DNA of 64,000 nucleotides from Candidatus Moanibacter sp. Its GTDB lineage: Bacteria; Verrucomicrobiota; Verrucomicrobiia; Opitutales; UBA2987. A program made the position numbers and the translations under genes. Location: assembly GCA_965215885.1 (NCBI GenBank), contig CBDCEW010000096.1, positions 32,001 to 96,000 on the forward strand. The letters are read 5' to 3'. The notes beneath the pieces were generated by a model. That model saw only the letters and a list, made by a program, of their open reading frames with translations, ran no database searches and was not told the origin of the DNA. The stretch's first letter is position 1, and each line of letters begins with the position of its first letter. Of this stretch, positions 50,295-61,352 are shown piece after piece.

Positions 50295-51272
50295 ATGCAC
50301 TCCTTCCCACCAAAATCTGAGCTGACGATCTGTTTCGCTCACGTAGCCTATCAATTGGCATCGACCTTCCAGAGTCTTGAAAAGGGACTTCGGCATTTCC
50401 AGACATGGAACGCCGAGGAGACGCAGGCACGCATCGGTGAGGCCGATATTATGGTAGTTTCCGGACTTTGGAGCGACGACCTACTGCCGGAAGCGGCAAA
50501 GCTTCGCTTCATCCAGTCCATCGGAGCCGGCTATGACCAGTTTCCGGTCGACTTGCTGAGGGAGAGAGGAATTCGCCTGGCGAGCGCGCAGGGCGTAAAC
50601 CGGAACGCCGTCAGCGAGCATGTCTTCGCCCTCATCCTGGCGCTGACCCGGAAAATTCACATCGAGCGCGACAATCAGGGCAAGCGCCACTGGCGCCCGA
50701 TGATCCAAGAGATTGCGCAGAGGGAGGACGAACTGGCGGGAAAGACACTCGGTATCGTCGGATTGGGTCATATCGGGTCGCGTGTGGCGCGACTGGGAAA
50801 GGCTTTTGATATGCGGGTTATCGCGATAAAACGGCGGACCGCGGAACATGACGGGACAGCCGACCTCGTGCTCCCTCCCGACCAGCTTCCGGTGCTCGTC
50901 CAGCAGTCGGACTTCGTCGTTCTGACCTGTCCGCTGACAACCGAAACCCAGGGATTGATCGACCAAACGGTTCTGGGAAAAATGAAGCGCTCTGCCTATC
51001 TAGTCAATGTTGCACGAGGGGCTTGTGTTGATGAATCTGCTCTCATCGAAGCGCTTCGCTCAAAAAGCATTGCAGGAGCGGGCCTGGACCATTTGGTTGA
51101 CGACCCTCTCCCGGAATCGAGCCCCTTCTGGGATTTGAAGAACCTGATTGTGACGCCACATACGGCGGGAGAGACGCAGCTTTACGAGCGGAACGTGATC
51201 GAGATCCTGCTCGAAAACATCGATAGGCTCAGCCGAGGAGATGCCCGTCTGAGAAACGAAGTCTTGTGTTGA
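50295..51272 (+). CDS. D-2-hydroxyacid dehydrogenase
   Basis: GIVGLGHIG, NVARG, GAGLD and TPHTAG motifs. Confidence 0.92.
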   Translation: MHSFPPKSELTICFAHVAYQLASTFQSLEKGLRHFQTWNAEETQARIGEADIMVVSGLWSDDLLPEAAKLRFIQSIGAGYDQFPVDLLRERGIRLASAQGVNRNAVSEHVFALILALTRKIHIERDNQGKRHWRPMIQEIAQREDELAGKTLGIVGLGHIGSRVARLGKAFDMRVIAIKRRTAEHDGTADLVLPPDQLPVLVQQSDFVVLTCPLTTETQGLIDQTVLGKMKRSAYLVNVARGACVDESALIEALRSKSIAGAGLDHLVDDPLPESSPFWDLKNLIVTPHTAGETQLYERNVIEILLENIDRLSRGDARLRNEVLC

Positions 51273-51428
51273 GCTCCGTAAGTCGGACAGTGAACATTGA
51301 ACATTCAGTCCCGGCTTGCCGGAATAGTGCGGACCTTTAGTGTTCGAAACTGATGGACTTCAATTTCGAACGCTTAAACTCCAAAATGTGATCAAAATTC
51401 CAGGTTCCAATTGAGAATAATCTAAGAA

Positions 51429-52289
51429 ATGTCCCAAACAGAAATCGACCTAACGGAAACCACACCAGCTTCTCAAACAATGGGGTACACAACCCTCACA
51501 TCTGAGCAGAAGGAATTCTTCGAGAACAACGGCTATCTGCGGATCAAGAATGCATTGCCCTCGGAGGTCGTTGCCGAACTTGATGCCGCAATCGATGAGA
51601 TCTACGCCGACGAAGAAAGGGAGGGCCGTCTGGAAGAAAGAGGAAAGTTGAATATCCGTAATTGCTTTACCCGGCACGATGCCTTTTTCAAGCTGCTCGA
51701 CTGGCCGGATACGGTGCCGCTCGCCTGGGGAATTCTCAACTGGAACATCGAGTTAAACACATCGAATCTGATTGTCGTCCCACCCCAACCCGGGCCGGCT
51801 CCCGAGTTTGCCTCGCGCGGCCTTCATCGGGATGGCGGCACTTCGCACCAGGAGATGCAGGAACCGCATCCCCGAATCCTGCTCAAGATCGCCTACGCCA
51901 TCAGCGATCAATCTGATCCGACCACAGGCGCAACGATCCTGGTACCGGGAAGCAATCGACTCGTCGGAAAACTTCCCGTCGACCCCGATACCGGAAAAGC
52001 GTTCGGAGCGATTTCGATGAACGTAAAAGCGGGAGACGCATTCATCTTCGAGCAGCGCACCTGGCACGGCATCGGCCATAATTCCACCGAGCAAGCAAGG
52101 AAAACGATCTTCATGGGATACGCCTTTCGATGGGTCAAACCGATGGACTACATCACGATGCCCCAGGAGCTCATCGCGAAGTGCAATCCGATACAGAAAC
52201 AGCTCCTGGGCGTTGTCGGCGATCCCCTGGGTTACTATCTTCCCAAGGATGAGGATGTGCCGTTGCGGGCGTTGGTAGAGGGGTGCTGA
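51429..52289 (+). CDS. PhyH-family dioxygenase
   Basis: LHRD, GATILVPGSN and WHG motifs. Confidence 0.9.
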   Translation: MSQTEIDLTETTPASQTMGYTTLTSEQKEFFENNGYLRIKNALPSEVVAELDAAIDEIYADEEREGRLEERGKLNIRNCFTRHDAFFKLLDWPDTVPLAWGILNWNIELNTSNLIVVPPQPGPAPEFASRGLHRDGGTSHQEMQEPHPRILLKIAYAISDQSDPTTGATILVPGSNRLVGKLPVDPDTGKAFGAISMNVKAGDAFIFEQRTWHGIGHNSTEQARKTIFMGYAFRWVKPMDYITMPQELIAKCNPIQKQLLGVVGDPLGYYLPKDEDVPLRALVEGC

Positions 52290-52450
52290 TGGAACTTTCG
52301 AATCATTCACGCAAAGCAAGTTCTTAGGAGCTTTCAGGGGAAAGGACGAAAACCACGGAGGACTTGACTATCAACCATGTAATTCCCAAATTCGATTGTT
52401 GCATAACCTTTATAAAGATTTATAACTATATAGTTTTAGCAACAATTGCA

Positions 52451-53068
52451 ATGGCAAAATACATAAGAGAACAGGTCTTGGACCTGGTAGGAGAGCAGAA
52501 GGGTCTTGTCCACCGAAAGGACCTCGAAAAGCGAGGCATTCCGACGGTATACCTGACGCGGCTGGTGCGGCAGGGAAAACTGAAGCGAGTCACACGAGGT
52601 CTTTATCTTCTGGCAGACATGGATGCTGACGCTCTCTCCGACATGGAAGGGAGCAGCTTCATTGCATGTATGCAGGTGCCTGAGGGTGTTCTGTGTCTAC
52701 TGTCCGCACTCCAATATCATGACATGACGACGCAGCTCCCGCACGAAGTATGGATGGCCATCCCTGCGGGTTCATGGAAGAAGAAAATCGACTATCCAAA
52801 CATCCGATATTTTCGATTTTCGGGCCAGTCTATGCGTGAAGGTGTCACGACAAAACCAACGCGAGGTTACGAACTCAAATTTTTCAATCCAGCTAAAACG
52901 GTAGCTGATTGCTTTAAATTTCGGAATAAGATCGGCCTGGATGTTGCGATTGAGGCACTACGTGACGGTTGGCGAAACAGAAGATTCACGATTGACGAAC
53001 TCTGGCGAAACGCGAGGGTCTGCAGGGTTGAAAATGTGATTCGGCCATACGTGGAATCGCTTCAATAG
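52451..53068 (+). CDS. abiEi: Type IV TA antitoxin AbiEi
   Basis: RVTRGLY, CLLSALQYH..TTQLP and KTVADCFKFRNKIGLDVAIEAL motifs. Confidence 0.9.
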   Translation: MAKYIREQVLDLVGEQKGLVHRKDLEKRGIPTVYLTRLVRQGKLKRVTRGLYLLADMDADALSDMEGSSFIACMQVPEGVLCLLSALQYHDMTTQLPHEVWMAIPAGSWKKKIDYPNIRYFRFSGQSMREGVTTKPTRGYELKFFNPAKTVADCFKFRNKIGLDVAIEALRDGWRNRRFTIDELWRNARVCRVENVIRPYVESLQ

Positions 53069-53076
53069 CCGAGCAA

Positions 53077-53240
53077 ATGTCTGACAAAACGAAACGGCTC
53101 GCAGCTTCGATACAACAGAGGCTTCTGAACATCGCTGGAGAGAATTCCTGCTGCCTTTGATCGACGCTTTGAATGTAGAAGACGATTTCAAGAAAGTCTG
53201 GAATGGAGGAGGCCCTTGGGTCGAATTTACTTGGACTTGA
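53077..53240 (+). pseudogene. abiEii: AbiEii toxin relic (N- and C-termini joined by deletion)
   Basis: MSDKTKRLAASIQQRLLNIA, then out-of-frame REFLLPLIDAL..VWNGGGPW. Confidence 0.65.
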
Positions 53241-53493
53241 TATGACCGAAAATCGATACGAGAAGGTCATCCTTGCCTTCGAGGATCAGGACAGAGACAT
53301 GAGTTTGAAAGAAGGAGGGAGAGGATCAGATCCGAACGACGAAGTCGTCCGGCTACAGGAGGAATACCATGACAGAAAGCTGAACACTGACACCAGAAAC
53401 CCGTGAATCCGTGTCAACTTTTCGTCAGGACTCGAAACCTGACACTTGAAACCAGCAAATCAGTCTCAGCTTCTGATCCGGACTGAACAACCG

Positions 53494-54897
53494 ATGAGCA
53501 ACCGCCCAAACATCATCTTCATCATGTCCGATGACCATGCCTCCCATGCCATGAGTTGCTACGGGAGCCGGATCAACACGACTCCAAACCTCGATCGCAT
53601 CGCGACGGGCGGGATGCGCTTCGACAACTGCTTCTGCACAAATTCTATCTGCTCACCGAGCCGCGCTTCTATCCTGACGGGAACTTACAACCACGTTAAC
53701 GGCGTCACGACGCTATCAACTCCAATGGATAACCGTTTGCAGACTTTTCCCAAGTTGCTGCAGGAAGCTGCCTATCAAACCGCGGTATTCGGAAAATGGC
53801 ATCTCGGGGAGGGACCGAAACACTGCCCGGAGGGATTCGACGATTGGGCGGTTCTCCCTGGACAGGGCCTTTATCACAATCCGGAAATGATCTTCAAGGG
53901 GCCTGGAGGTGGCGAACGAAAAACCGTCAGGGGATACGTTACCGATATTATTACCGACATGTCCCTCGATTGGCTGAGAAACAGGGATAAGGATCGCCCC
54001 TTCTGCTTCCTCTGCCACCACAAGGCCCCCCATCGGGCATGGGAACCGGATGAAAAGCACGCCCACCTCTACCTGAATGAGGAAATACCGGAGCCGGATA
54101 CGCTCTATGACGATTATGCCAACCGGGCGTCGGCGGCCAAAGCCGCGGAAATGAGAGTCGGGGTCCATATGAGCCCACAAGACCTGAAGTGCCAAATTAA
54201 CCACGCCTTGCCGGAACAAGAGCTTCGGAAGTGGGCCTACCAGCTCTATATCAAGGACTACCTTCGGGTCGTCGCGAGCATCGACGACAATGTCGGCCGA
54301 ATCCTGGACTATCTCGAAGAAGAGCGCCTGACTGATGATACGATCGTCATCTACACTTCCGACCAGGGTTTCTTCCTCGGCGATCATGGTTGGTACGATA
54401 AGCGATTCATGTACGAAGAATCCCTCAGAATGCCGCTAATCATTCGCCACCCGAAGCAGATACCGTCAGGCAGTGATAGCAGGGACATCGTCCTCAACGT
54501 CGATTTCGCCCCCACCCTGCTCCAATTGGCCGGTCTCGATCCGCCCGAGGAAATGCAGGGCCATAGTTTTCGCTCCATTCTCCAAGGCAATGATCCGGAA
54601 TACCGGCAGACTTCCTTCTACTACCGCTACTGGATGCACAAGGCCCATCACAATGTTTACGCGCATTACGGTATTCGCACAGAGAGGTATAAGCTCATCT
54701 ATTATTACGCCGATCCTCTCGACCAACCGGGCTCAATTGGCGAACCCGAGGATCCCGAATGGGAACTGTTTGATCTCCAGAAGGATCCACACGAACTGAA
54801 TAACGTCTACGCCAACCCCGATTATCAGGAGATCGCCGCTGATCTGAAAACCGAACTCGATCGTCTACAGCGATCCGTCGGCGATGTTCCCTGCTAA
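53494..54897 (+). CDS. Sulfatase
   Basis: PNIIFIMSDDH, CSPSRAS and TSDQGFFLGDHGWYDKR motifs. Confidence 0.93.
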   Translation: MSNRPNIIFIMSDDHASHAMSCYGSRINTTPNLDRIATGGMRFDNCFCTNSICSPSRASILTGTYNHVNGVTTLSTPMDNRLQTFPKLLQEAAYQTAVFGKWHLGEGPKHCPEGFDDWAVLPGQGLYHNPEMIFKGPGGGERKTVRGYVTDIITDMSLDWLRNRDKDRPFCFLCHHKAPHRAWEPDEKHAHLYLNEEIPEPDTLYDDYANRASAAKAAEMRVGVHMSPQDLKCQINHALPEQELRKWAYQLYIKDYLRVVASIDDNVGRILDYLEEERLTDDTIVIYTSDQGFFLGDHGWYDKRFMYEESLRMPLIIRHPKQIPSGSDSRDIVLNVDFAPTLLQLAGLDPPEEMQGHSFRSILQGNDPEYRQTSFYYRYWMHKAHHNVYAHYGIRTERYKLIYYYADPLDQPGSIGEPEDPEWELFDLQKDPHELNNVYANPDYQEIAADLKTELDRLQRSVGDVPC

Positions 54898-54962
54898 CGA
54901 CCTGCCTCCTTCTCGACAGACCTACCCACCGGCGAAGGGCACAGGGCGAAGGACAGGGCGAA

Positions 54963-55240
54963 GGGGTCAGGCTTATTATTGTTGTGTCCCCCGAGATTCA
55001 GAACCGGAAACAAGGAAAGGTGACGAACGAATTATCGGTATGGGCAATACCCCAGCAATCATTGTGACACTACAATAATAAGCCTGACCCGAATGGCACC
55101 AACTTAGGGCAGGAATCGCTCGCAAGCGAGCTTCCTACGACGAGCGTAAGTCTTTGTAGGAAGGTCGCTTGCGGCCGAATCGGGAACATCGGTGATCACC
55201 GTAGTGATCCCTTAAGTTAGTGGCGTTCAAGCCTGACCCC
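54963..55240. repeat. REP doublet GGGGTCAGGCTTATTATTG with a MITE inserted in its right arm
   Basis: Inverted arms at 54963 and 55068-55090, resuming at 55229-55240. Confidence 0.8.
55091..55228. mobile_element. 138-bp IS4-type MITE
   Basis: IR gaatggcaccaacttaggg / cccttaagttagtggcgttc; 11-bp TSD aagcctgaccc; internal GTAG-type REP pair. Confidence 0.82.
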
Positions 55241-55343
55241 TGCTCCTATTCGTGGATCGCCGCGCCTCCCTTCGGTCGGCTCGCGATAACAGTGTGCTAC
55301 TATTCAATTGTCGGAGTCATAGCTATGGATTTTCCTAATTGAT

Positions 55344-56165
55344 CTATATCCCAAGAATCCGACGCGCGTCGGCGGGAGTGGCAACTTCATGTTGGAGCTG
55401 CTCAACGAGATTCGCGGCAACCTCAACCATCTCAGCGTTACTTTTTAGAAGGACCCCCTTCCGGAGATAGAAATTGTCTTCAAAGCCGACCCGAATATGT
55501 CCGCCCAGAATAATGCCCATTGTTATCATAGGCAACTGTGTGCGCCCCACGCCCATGACGGACCAGGGAATGCCGGGCGGCAACTTACTCTTCATAAAGA
55601 GGAGATTTTCCGGCGTCGCTTCGATGCCCCACTCCGGGCCCATACACAATTGTACAAATGGCGGGTCCTCAAATAACCCCTCGTCAATCAACTGGAGCGC
55701 CTGTCTCACATGTCCGACATCGAAGACTTCAATTTCCGGCTTAACCCCGTACTCGCGCATGCGCTGGGCGGCGACCCTTCCCCAATCCGGCGAGTTTTCA
55801 AAGATCCGATTCCCAAGGTTCAACGAACCGACATCAAGGGAGCAAAGATCAGGCTTTAACGTCACGGGCTGAAGGCGTTCCTCAATCACATTCTCACCCG
55901 ATAGATTCAACCCGCTCGTCGTGAGGTTGATGAGGATGTCGCTCTCTTCCCGAATCCGGTCAACGACTTCCCTGAAAAGTTCGATCCTAGAGCATGGTAT
56001 TCCCGTTTCGGGCTCGCGCACGTGGATGTGAGAAATCGCCGCACCAGCCTTAGAACATTCAATTGCCGCATCAGCAATTTCCTTCGGCGTATACGGCACC
56101 GCCGGATTCATTCTCTTCGTAGGCTGTGAACCCACCACAGCTACCGAGATGATGGTCTTTCCCAT
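55344..56165 (-). CDS. Beta-keto acid cleavage enzyme (BKACE, DUF849/Kce family)
   Basis: [27 protein letters not shown] and HIRVGFEDN motifs. Confidence 0.92.
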   Translation of the reverse strand: MGKTIISVAVVGSQPTKRMNPAVPYTPKEIADAAIECSKAGAAISHIHVREPETGIPCSRIELFREVVDRIREESDILINLTTSGLNLSGENVIEERLQPVTLKPDLCSLDVGSLNLGNRIFENSPDWGRVAAQRMREYGVKPEIEVFDVGHVRQALQLIDEGLFEDPPFVQLCMGPEWGIEATPENLLFMKSKLPPGIPWSVMGVGRTQLPMITMGIILGGHIRVGFEDNFYLRKGVLLKSNAEMVEVAANLVEQLQHEVATPADARRILGI

Positions 56166-56186
56166 TTCCGTCTTCCCCGTCCCTCC

Positions 56187-57323
56187 TCAAATTCCAAGGT
56201 CCCCGAGGTTGTAGTCTTTCAAAATGCCTTCCCTCGCGCCTTCATTCCACCGGTTGACGTCCTCCTGTCCGACCAGGGGCTGATAAATGTAGCGGGGTTC
56301 GAGAGGGAAGCGCTGCTGCCGGGCATCGATGCCCAAAGCAATCAAACGCGACCTCTGACGGATCCGCTCCTCGTCGTAGACAACCTCTTCTCTTCTAAAC
56401 TTCGTTCGAACGTTGAGCACAGAGGCGCGCCTGTGAAACCCGAAGTTGAACGTCACTCGCTTGTCCGGCGAGGTGTTGGCGAAAGAGCCGTGCAAAGTCT
56501 GGCGGTTAGTAATGACTACGTCCCCTGGCTCGCACACAATCGGGACAACCCCTGGCAGGCGGTCAGAGCCGTTGTTGGCCTCGATCATCGCTCTGATGTC
56601 GAGTTTGCCCTGTTTGTGTGATCCGGGGAGTACCCAAACCCCGTTCGCCGCCGTGCTTCCGAAAAGCTGAGCCATAAAATTGAACCCGTGAGTGCCTTGG
56701 TTCCAGTCCGGATTGTCCCATAGTGTGGTCCCGTCCTGGTGCCAGGCTACGGATGTTCCCAACCCCGAAAGCTTGACGATGATGGACTCGGCGAACGGGG
56801 TGAAATCCTGTCCGTTGATATGTTCGGCCATGGACAACAGCTGCGGGTGGCCGTAAAGCCGGAAGCAAGAGTCCATAATCTGCAGGGGACCATCGATCGA
56901 GGAAATCACAGAGTCCGGAGCGTCACTGGGCGGCTGCGGCTCCGCCATCCTGGCCTGGTGGCGGCCGCCGTGTTTTGACGTGCCCCCAACTGGGTCGCTC
57001 AACGGCTTGGCAAAATGGAAAGTCGGCAGCGCAAACTCAGCCCCAAGAGCTTTCCGGCCCTTCGCATCAACCTTCGCGTTCTTTGTGTGTGGCGCCCGCT
57101 CAAGCACGCTCTCAAATTCCTCTTTCAGGTCAATGAGCTCCTCGTCGCTCAGGACCCCTTCCAACACATAAAAGCCGTAAAGCCAGTAGGCATCCAGGAT
57201 CGCCTCGTCCAACGTACCGTCATCGTTGAATCTGATTGGACCGCGATTTCCAAGCTCGTAAGCCATCCGCTCGCCCTCTCGAAAGTAAAGGGCCACCGGA
57301 TCTTCAGTTTCATTTGAGATCAT
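56187..57323 (-). CDS. PhyH-family dioxygenase
   Basis: WHQD, VWVLPGSH and LHGSFAN motifs. Confidence 0.88.
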   Translation of the reverse strand: MISNETEDPVALYFREGERMAYELGNRGPIRFNDDGTLDEAILDAYWLYGFYVLEGVLSDEELIDLKEEFESVLERAPHTKNAKVDAKGRKALGAEFALPTFHFAKPLSDPVGGTSKHGGRHQARMAEPQPPSDAPDSVISSIDGPLQIMDSCFRLYGHPQLLSMAEHINGQDFTPFAESIIVKLSGLGTSVAWHQDGTTLWDNPDWNQGTHGFNFMAQLFGSTAANGVWVLPGSHKQGKLDIRAMIEANNGSDRLPGVVPIVCEPGDVVITNRQTLHGSFANTSPDKRVTFNFGFHRRASVLNVRTKFRREEVVYDEERIRQRSRLIALGIDARQQRFPLEPRYIYQPLVGQEDVNRWNEGAREGILKDYNLGDLGI

Positions 57324-57339
57324 AATCTCACCTTTTTCT

Positions 57340-58056
57340 CTACATTCTGCTGGGGTCATTCCCACCGTAGACCCGCTCGCCGCGCACCAGCACTCTCGTG
57401 CCATCATCCTTCCGGTTGAACTCGTCCACGCTATGATAACCCAGCGTCATACTCATACGCGTTCCTTCGGTCAGATTCTCCCCGGCCCCGTGCAGCATCA
57501 GTCCATCCATCGCGAGCAGACCACCGGCCGGCATCGGAAGTGGGAGCGACTGCTTCTCAACTATTTCTAAAAATTCCTCACGCTCACGAATTTCAGCAAC
57601 ATTCGAAAAAGCCGGCAAATGATGAGACCCCGGGACGATGCGGGTACACCCATTCTCCAGATGGGTTTCCTCAAGGTAGACCAGAACAGTGAGTATCGGA
57701 CGCGACCATTGCCGGCAGTCGCGATGAAGCTCAAGCGAAGCCTTTGAACCTCGATCGCGGAGATAGACATGGTTGTGTCGATAGACCATGAATTCGATAT
57801 TCGGTCCCAGGATCGATTCCGCGGGCTCGAGAATCTCATCGCAGACCACAGTCTCTCGGAAGACGCCACCCCGGCCCCAGACGTTGGAGATTCGTATAAC
57901 GCGGCCATCCTGACGGGAAACCGGTTCGACTTCGTCCCGAATTTCCTTCAAAGCCTCCTCCTTCAAAGCTTCTACCTGTTTTTCAGGCAACTGCTTCGGA
58001 AGTTTAACGAAGCCGTTGTGCCGGAAAAGCTCGATTTCCTGAGCTGTCAGTTTCAT
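57340..58056 (-). CDS. PhyH-family dioxygenase
   Basis: LHRD, NGCTRIVPGSH and LHGAGEN motifs. Confidence 0.9.
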   Translation of the reverse strand: MKLTAQEIELFRHNGFVKLPKQLPEKQVEALKEEALKEIRDEVEPVSRQDGRVIRISNVWGRGGVFRETVVCDEILEPAESILGPNIEFMVYRHNHVYLRDRGSKASLELHRDCRQWSRPILTVLVYLEETHLENGCTRIVPGSHHLPAFSNVAEIREREEFLEIVEKQSLPLPMPAGGLLAMDGLMLHGAGENLTEGTRMSMTLGYHSVDEFNRKDDGTRVLVRGERVYGGNDPSRM

Positions 58057-58470
58057 AGTGCCCTCCATTGTTCCCGCTCTTGATTTCGCAGGACGGTACT
58101 CGGTGTTGCATGTTCGCTGTTCTGTGCCGACCGCAATACTTTGAATGCTAGTTTTATGTACTCCAGAATGTCCAAGAAATCTAGACTCAACCGGTTAGCA
58201 TTGGCAATTCTTTCTCCAGCTGGATACTGAATTTGGAACACGCATCGATTTCGTAATATCCTCCCGGAATTTATACACGCTTCGGATTGTCAGAGTTCCA
58301 TCCCGTGGAACGCAGTGACTTGGTTTAGCAACCTGTCGGACTTGCATGTAATTAACGTGTCTTTGATTACTGGCTGCCCCGGTCTTGTGCCCATAATTAC
58401 GAAATTGGGTTGGAGAACCCAAAGTAAATGTTATTCAGGCACTTGCAAGATTCTATTGATTACATAGTAT

Positions 58471-60387
58471 GACCTTATCCGAAAAGCTACTGATTGGCCG
58501 CAAAGAGGCGCAAAAGGCGCAAGAAAAACTTGAGAAAAATCATTTTTTGGCTTGATAAAAAGTGTCGCAACATGCTAGTGTTTAACAACCTAAGATTAAG
58601 AAAGGAGTTAAACATGCCAACATGTGCGACAGAGGAGAACAAAAGCGATAAGACGCCCCTTAGCAACCTCATTCTGCCGGTTCCAGACACGGATTTCCGT
58701 GATTTTCTGGATGAAGTTGAAGAATTGGCCGGGTTCGCGGCGCAAATCATCGAGGCGATCGAGAAGGATCTGGACGCCCATGCGCGTGAGAAGAAGAAAC
58801 TTCGATTGGAAGATCGCAGGTTCTTTGAAGGGCGCACAGCGGAGCTGCCGGAGCTGGACATCGAGGAGGAGAATATTCTGGCTGCTGAATTGAATCTTGG
58901 GGCAGGCCGGCCGCGGATGCCGGCTTATGCGGTATACGTGTTCGTGATGCTTCGAGGGTTTCTGGGTTCGTTGACCACGAAACCGGCACGGCGGTTTGTG
59001 CGCGAGTCGATGAGCTTGTACGGATTTTTGCAGAGCGGGGGACTGAGAATGCCGGCGGTGACGACGATTCTGGAGAACGTGAACCTGGTCAGCCATACGA
59101 CCCGCGAGTTGATCTTTGATAAACAGATTGGGTTTATCCTCCAGGAGCAATGGGACGATTTCGGGAAGCTGACGATCGACAGCACCTCGGTGAAAGCAAA
59201 CAGCTGCTGGCCCACCGATGGGAAGATTCTGAGCGGTCTTTTGATGCGGGCCAATCGTTTGGGTCAGAAGTTGCATGTCTTCGGGCTGGAGGATTTTCGC
59301 AAGGGATGGGTTGGGCGTTGGCTGGAGGAAATGGACAAGCTGGAGTTTCAGATTTGTCTGGCCGCGGGCAAACCGAAGTCGAAGGGCAAGCTGAAGAAAC
59401 ACTACCGGCGGTTGCTCAAGCGGGGCCGCAAGGCGGCCGACTCACTAACGGGGGAACTGAGCCATCTTGAAGAGGGCCTGTCGATGGATTCACTGCCTCC
59501 CACTCGCCGGGAGCTTCTGGAGCGGGCATTGAGCCAGATCAGGGGCGATATTGCCGACGCCAAGCGGGTTGTTGAGTATGCTCATGATCGGGTGTTTCAC
59601 GAAAAGAAGCTACCGTCCACACAGAAGGTCCTGAGCCTCTCGGACGGATCGGCGGCCTACATCAAGAAGGGCAGCCGCAATCCAGTGATCGGGTACAAGC
59701 CACAACTGGTTCGCAGCGAAAACGGTTTTGTCACCAGCCTGATCGTACCGCAAGGCAACGCGGCAGACTCCATTGAGCTGGCGCCGGCCATCGGCGATTC
59801 GATCAAGCGCACCGGTGTCATTGCTGAACTGGTCAGCACCGATGACGGATATGCTTCGGCGAAGGGACGCAAGGAGGTGCTGAGCATGGGGGTAAAGCAG
59901 ATCAGTATCAGTGGGGCGAAGGGCAAGAAGTTGACCACCCCCGAGGACTGGGAGAGCGAGGCGTATCGCGAGGCACGCCGCGATCGCTCCGCAGTGGAGT
60001 CGCTGATGTTCACGATTAAAGATGGATTTGCCTTTGGCGAACTCGGCCGCCGCGGCATCGATGCGGTAGGCGATGAACTGCTCGAGAAGGTTCTGGCCTA
60101 CAACTTCTGCCGCATCATACTGATGAAGAAACGCCGAGGGGAGGAACTGGAACAGGCAGCCTGAATCTGACCGCTTTGAAGCTCAGAGAAAAAAGCACCA
60201 CGGGATGAGTATGCCTCCAGACAGCGGCAAATATACGTATTGTGCAGCAAGCCACGCCGATGGCCGCTCAATACCTGCTCATCGGCAGCGCCGGCAGCCT
60301 AAAACCCGAAACCTGCCAGCCATAGGCTGGTCCGCCCGTGGCGGAGAACCTTAAACCGCCCGCTCGAAAGGCTTTTCGAATGGGGTC
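58471..60387 (+). mobile_element. IS5/ISNCY-like insertion sequence
   Basis: 17-bp IR gaccttatccgaaaagc / gcttttcgaatggggtc; 6-bp TSD tagtat. Confidence 0.9.
58614..60164 (+). CDS. DDE transposase
   Basis: TIDST..AN..WPTD, STDDGY and RSAVESLMFTIK motifs; AAGGAG RBS. Confidence 0.9.
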   Translation: MPTCATEENKSDKTPLSNLILPVPDTDFRDFLDEVEELAGFAAQIIEAIEKDLDAHAREKKKLRLEDRRFFEGRTAELPELDIEEENILAAELNLGAGRPRMPAYAVYVFVMLRGFLGSLTTKPARRFVRESMSLYGFLQSGGLRMPAVTTILENVNLVSHTTRELIFDKQIGFILQEQWDDFGKLTIDSTSVKANSCWPTDGKILSGLLMRANRLGQKLHVFGLEDFRKGWVGRWLEEMDKLEFQICLAAGKPKSKGKLKKHYRRLLKRGRKAADSLTGELSHLEEGLSMDSLPPTRRELLERALSQIRGDIADAKRVVEYAHDRVFHEKKLPSTQKVLSLSDGSAAYIKKGSRNPVIGYKPQLVRSENGFVTSLIVPQGNAADSIELAPAIGDSIKRTGVIAELVSTDDGYASAKGRKEVLSMGVKQISISGAKGKKLTTPEDWESEAYREARRDRSAVESLMFTIKDGFAFGELGRRGIDAVGDELLEKVLAYNFCRIILMKKRRGEELEQAA

Positions 60388-60634
60388 TAGTATGCCAGAA
60401 TGGAGTTTCAACGATTGTTGTGTGTGGGTTCGTTAGAGGTAGAGAGCTTTTCCTGCAGGTTTGTTTTCAGTTAGAAACTTGTTGAGTATTAATCAGTTAC
60501 AAAAGCGCTTTGAACGGGGAGTTGATTTCTGGTGGCAATTGAGTAGAAGCGAAGGGAGCTGGAGAAAGTTGGTATTGGCATTGTATGTAAAATAAAGTTT
60601 GCAGTTTTGCCTCCTTTCCATACTGTGCCGGTGC

Positions 60635-61351
60635 ATGCAAGAAGAGCTTTCGCGTAAAGAGAGGGAGGTGGTCGAAGCGGTACGGCGGGATCGGGTAAGC
60701 ACGGTGTGGAGGCTGATGAAGGAGCAGAGGGTGTCGCGGCGAACGGTCTATCGGGCTTTGCAAAAATATGGCCATTACTCCAGTTACAATGCCAATTGTG
60801 GCTACCTGAGCTTGAAAGACATTCCGCGCTTTGACGGGGCCGGTTTGTGGCGTTTTCGCAAGGGGCGCTTTTCGCGCCACGGCACCTTGGAGGAGACCGT
60901 GGAGGCGGTGGTGGGAGCTTCGCTTTGCGGCTACACGGTGGCTGAGTTGGAGACCCTCCTTGGGGTACGGGTGCACAACCCCATAAGCGTGCTTTGTAGA
61001 AAGAAGCGGTTGAGTCGATACTATGAAGGGCGTCACTGCGTGTATGTCTCGGCCGGGGAACAGGGCGGGGCCGAACAGAAAAAGCGGCGGCAAGGGCGAA
61101 GAACAGCGGCACAAGTTCAGGCAGGGGACCCCGGGGGCGCTTTGCAGGCAGCTCCCGAAGGGCTCGAAACGATGGTCGTGATCGCTTTGCTGGTCGCCTG
61201 TATCGGCCATCCCGAGGCCGGGGTCAAGGAGCTTGTCGAGCTTATGCAAGAGCAGGGAGTAGAGCTGAGCGGGGAGCAAATTGAGCGGGTGATGGCGTTT
61301 TACTCGCTCAAAAAAAACCGGCCCGATCGCGGTAGCGGAGCTGTTACATGA
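60635..61351 (+). CDS. Transposon ORF1 (putative DNA-binding), ending past an A8 run
   Basis: Basic HTH-like ORF (VSRRTVYRAL); A8 run at 61310-61317. Confidence 0.65.
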   Translation: MQEELSRKEREVVEAVRRDRVSTVWRLMKEQRVSRRTVYRALQKYGHYSSYNANCGYLSLKDIPRFDGAGLWRFRKGRFSRHGTLEETVEAVVGASLCGYTVAELETLLGVRVHNPISVLCRKKRLSRYYEGRHCVYVSAGEQGGAEQKKRRQGRRTAAQVQAGDPGGALQAAPEGLETMVVIALLVACIGHPEAGVKELVELMQEQGVELSGEQIERVMAFYSLKKNRPDRGSGAVT

Positions 61352-61352
61352 T

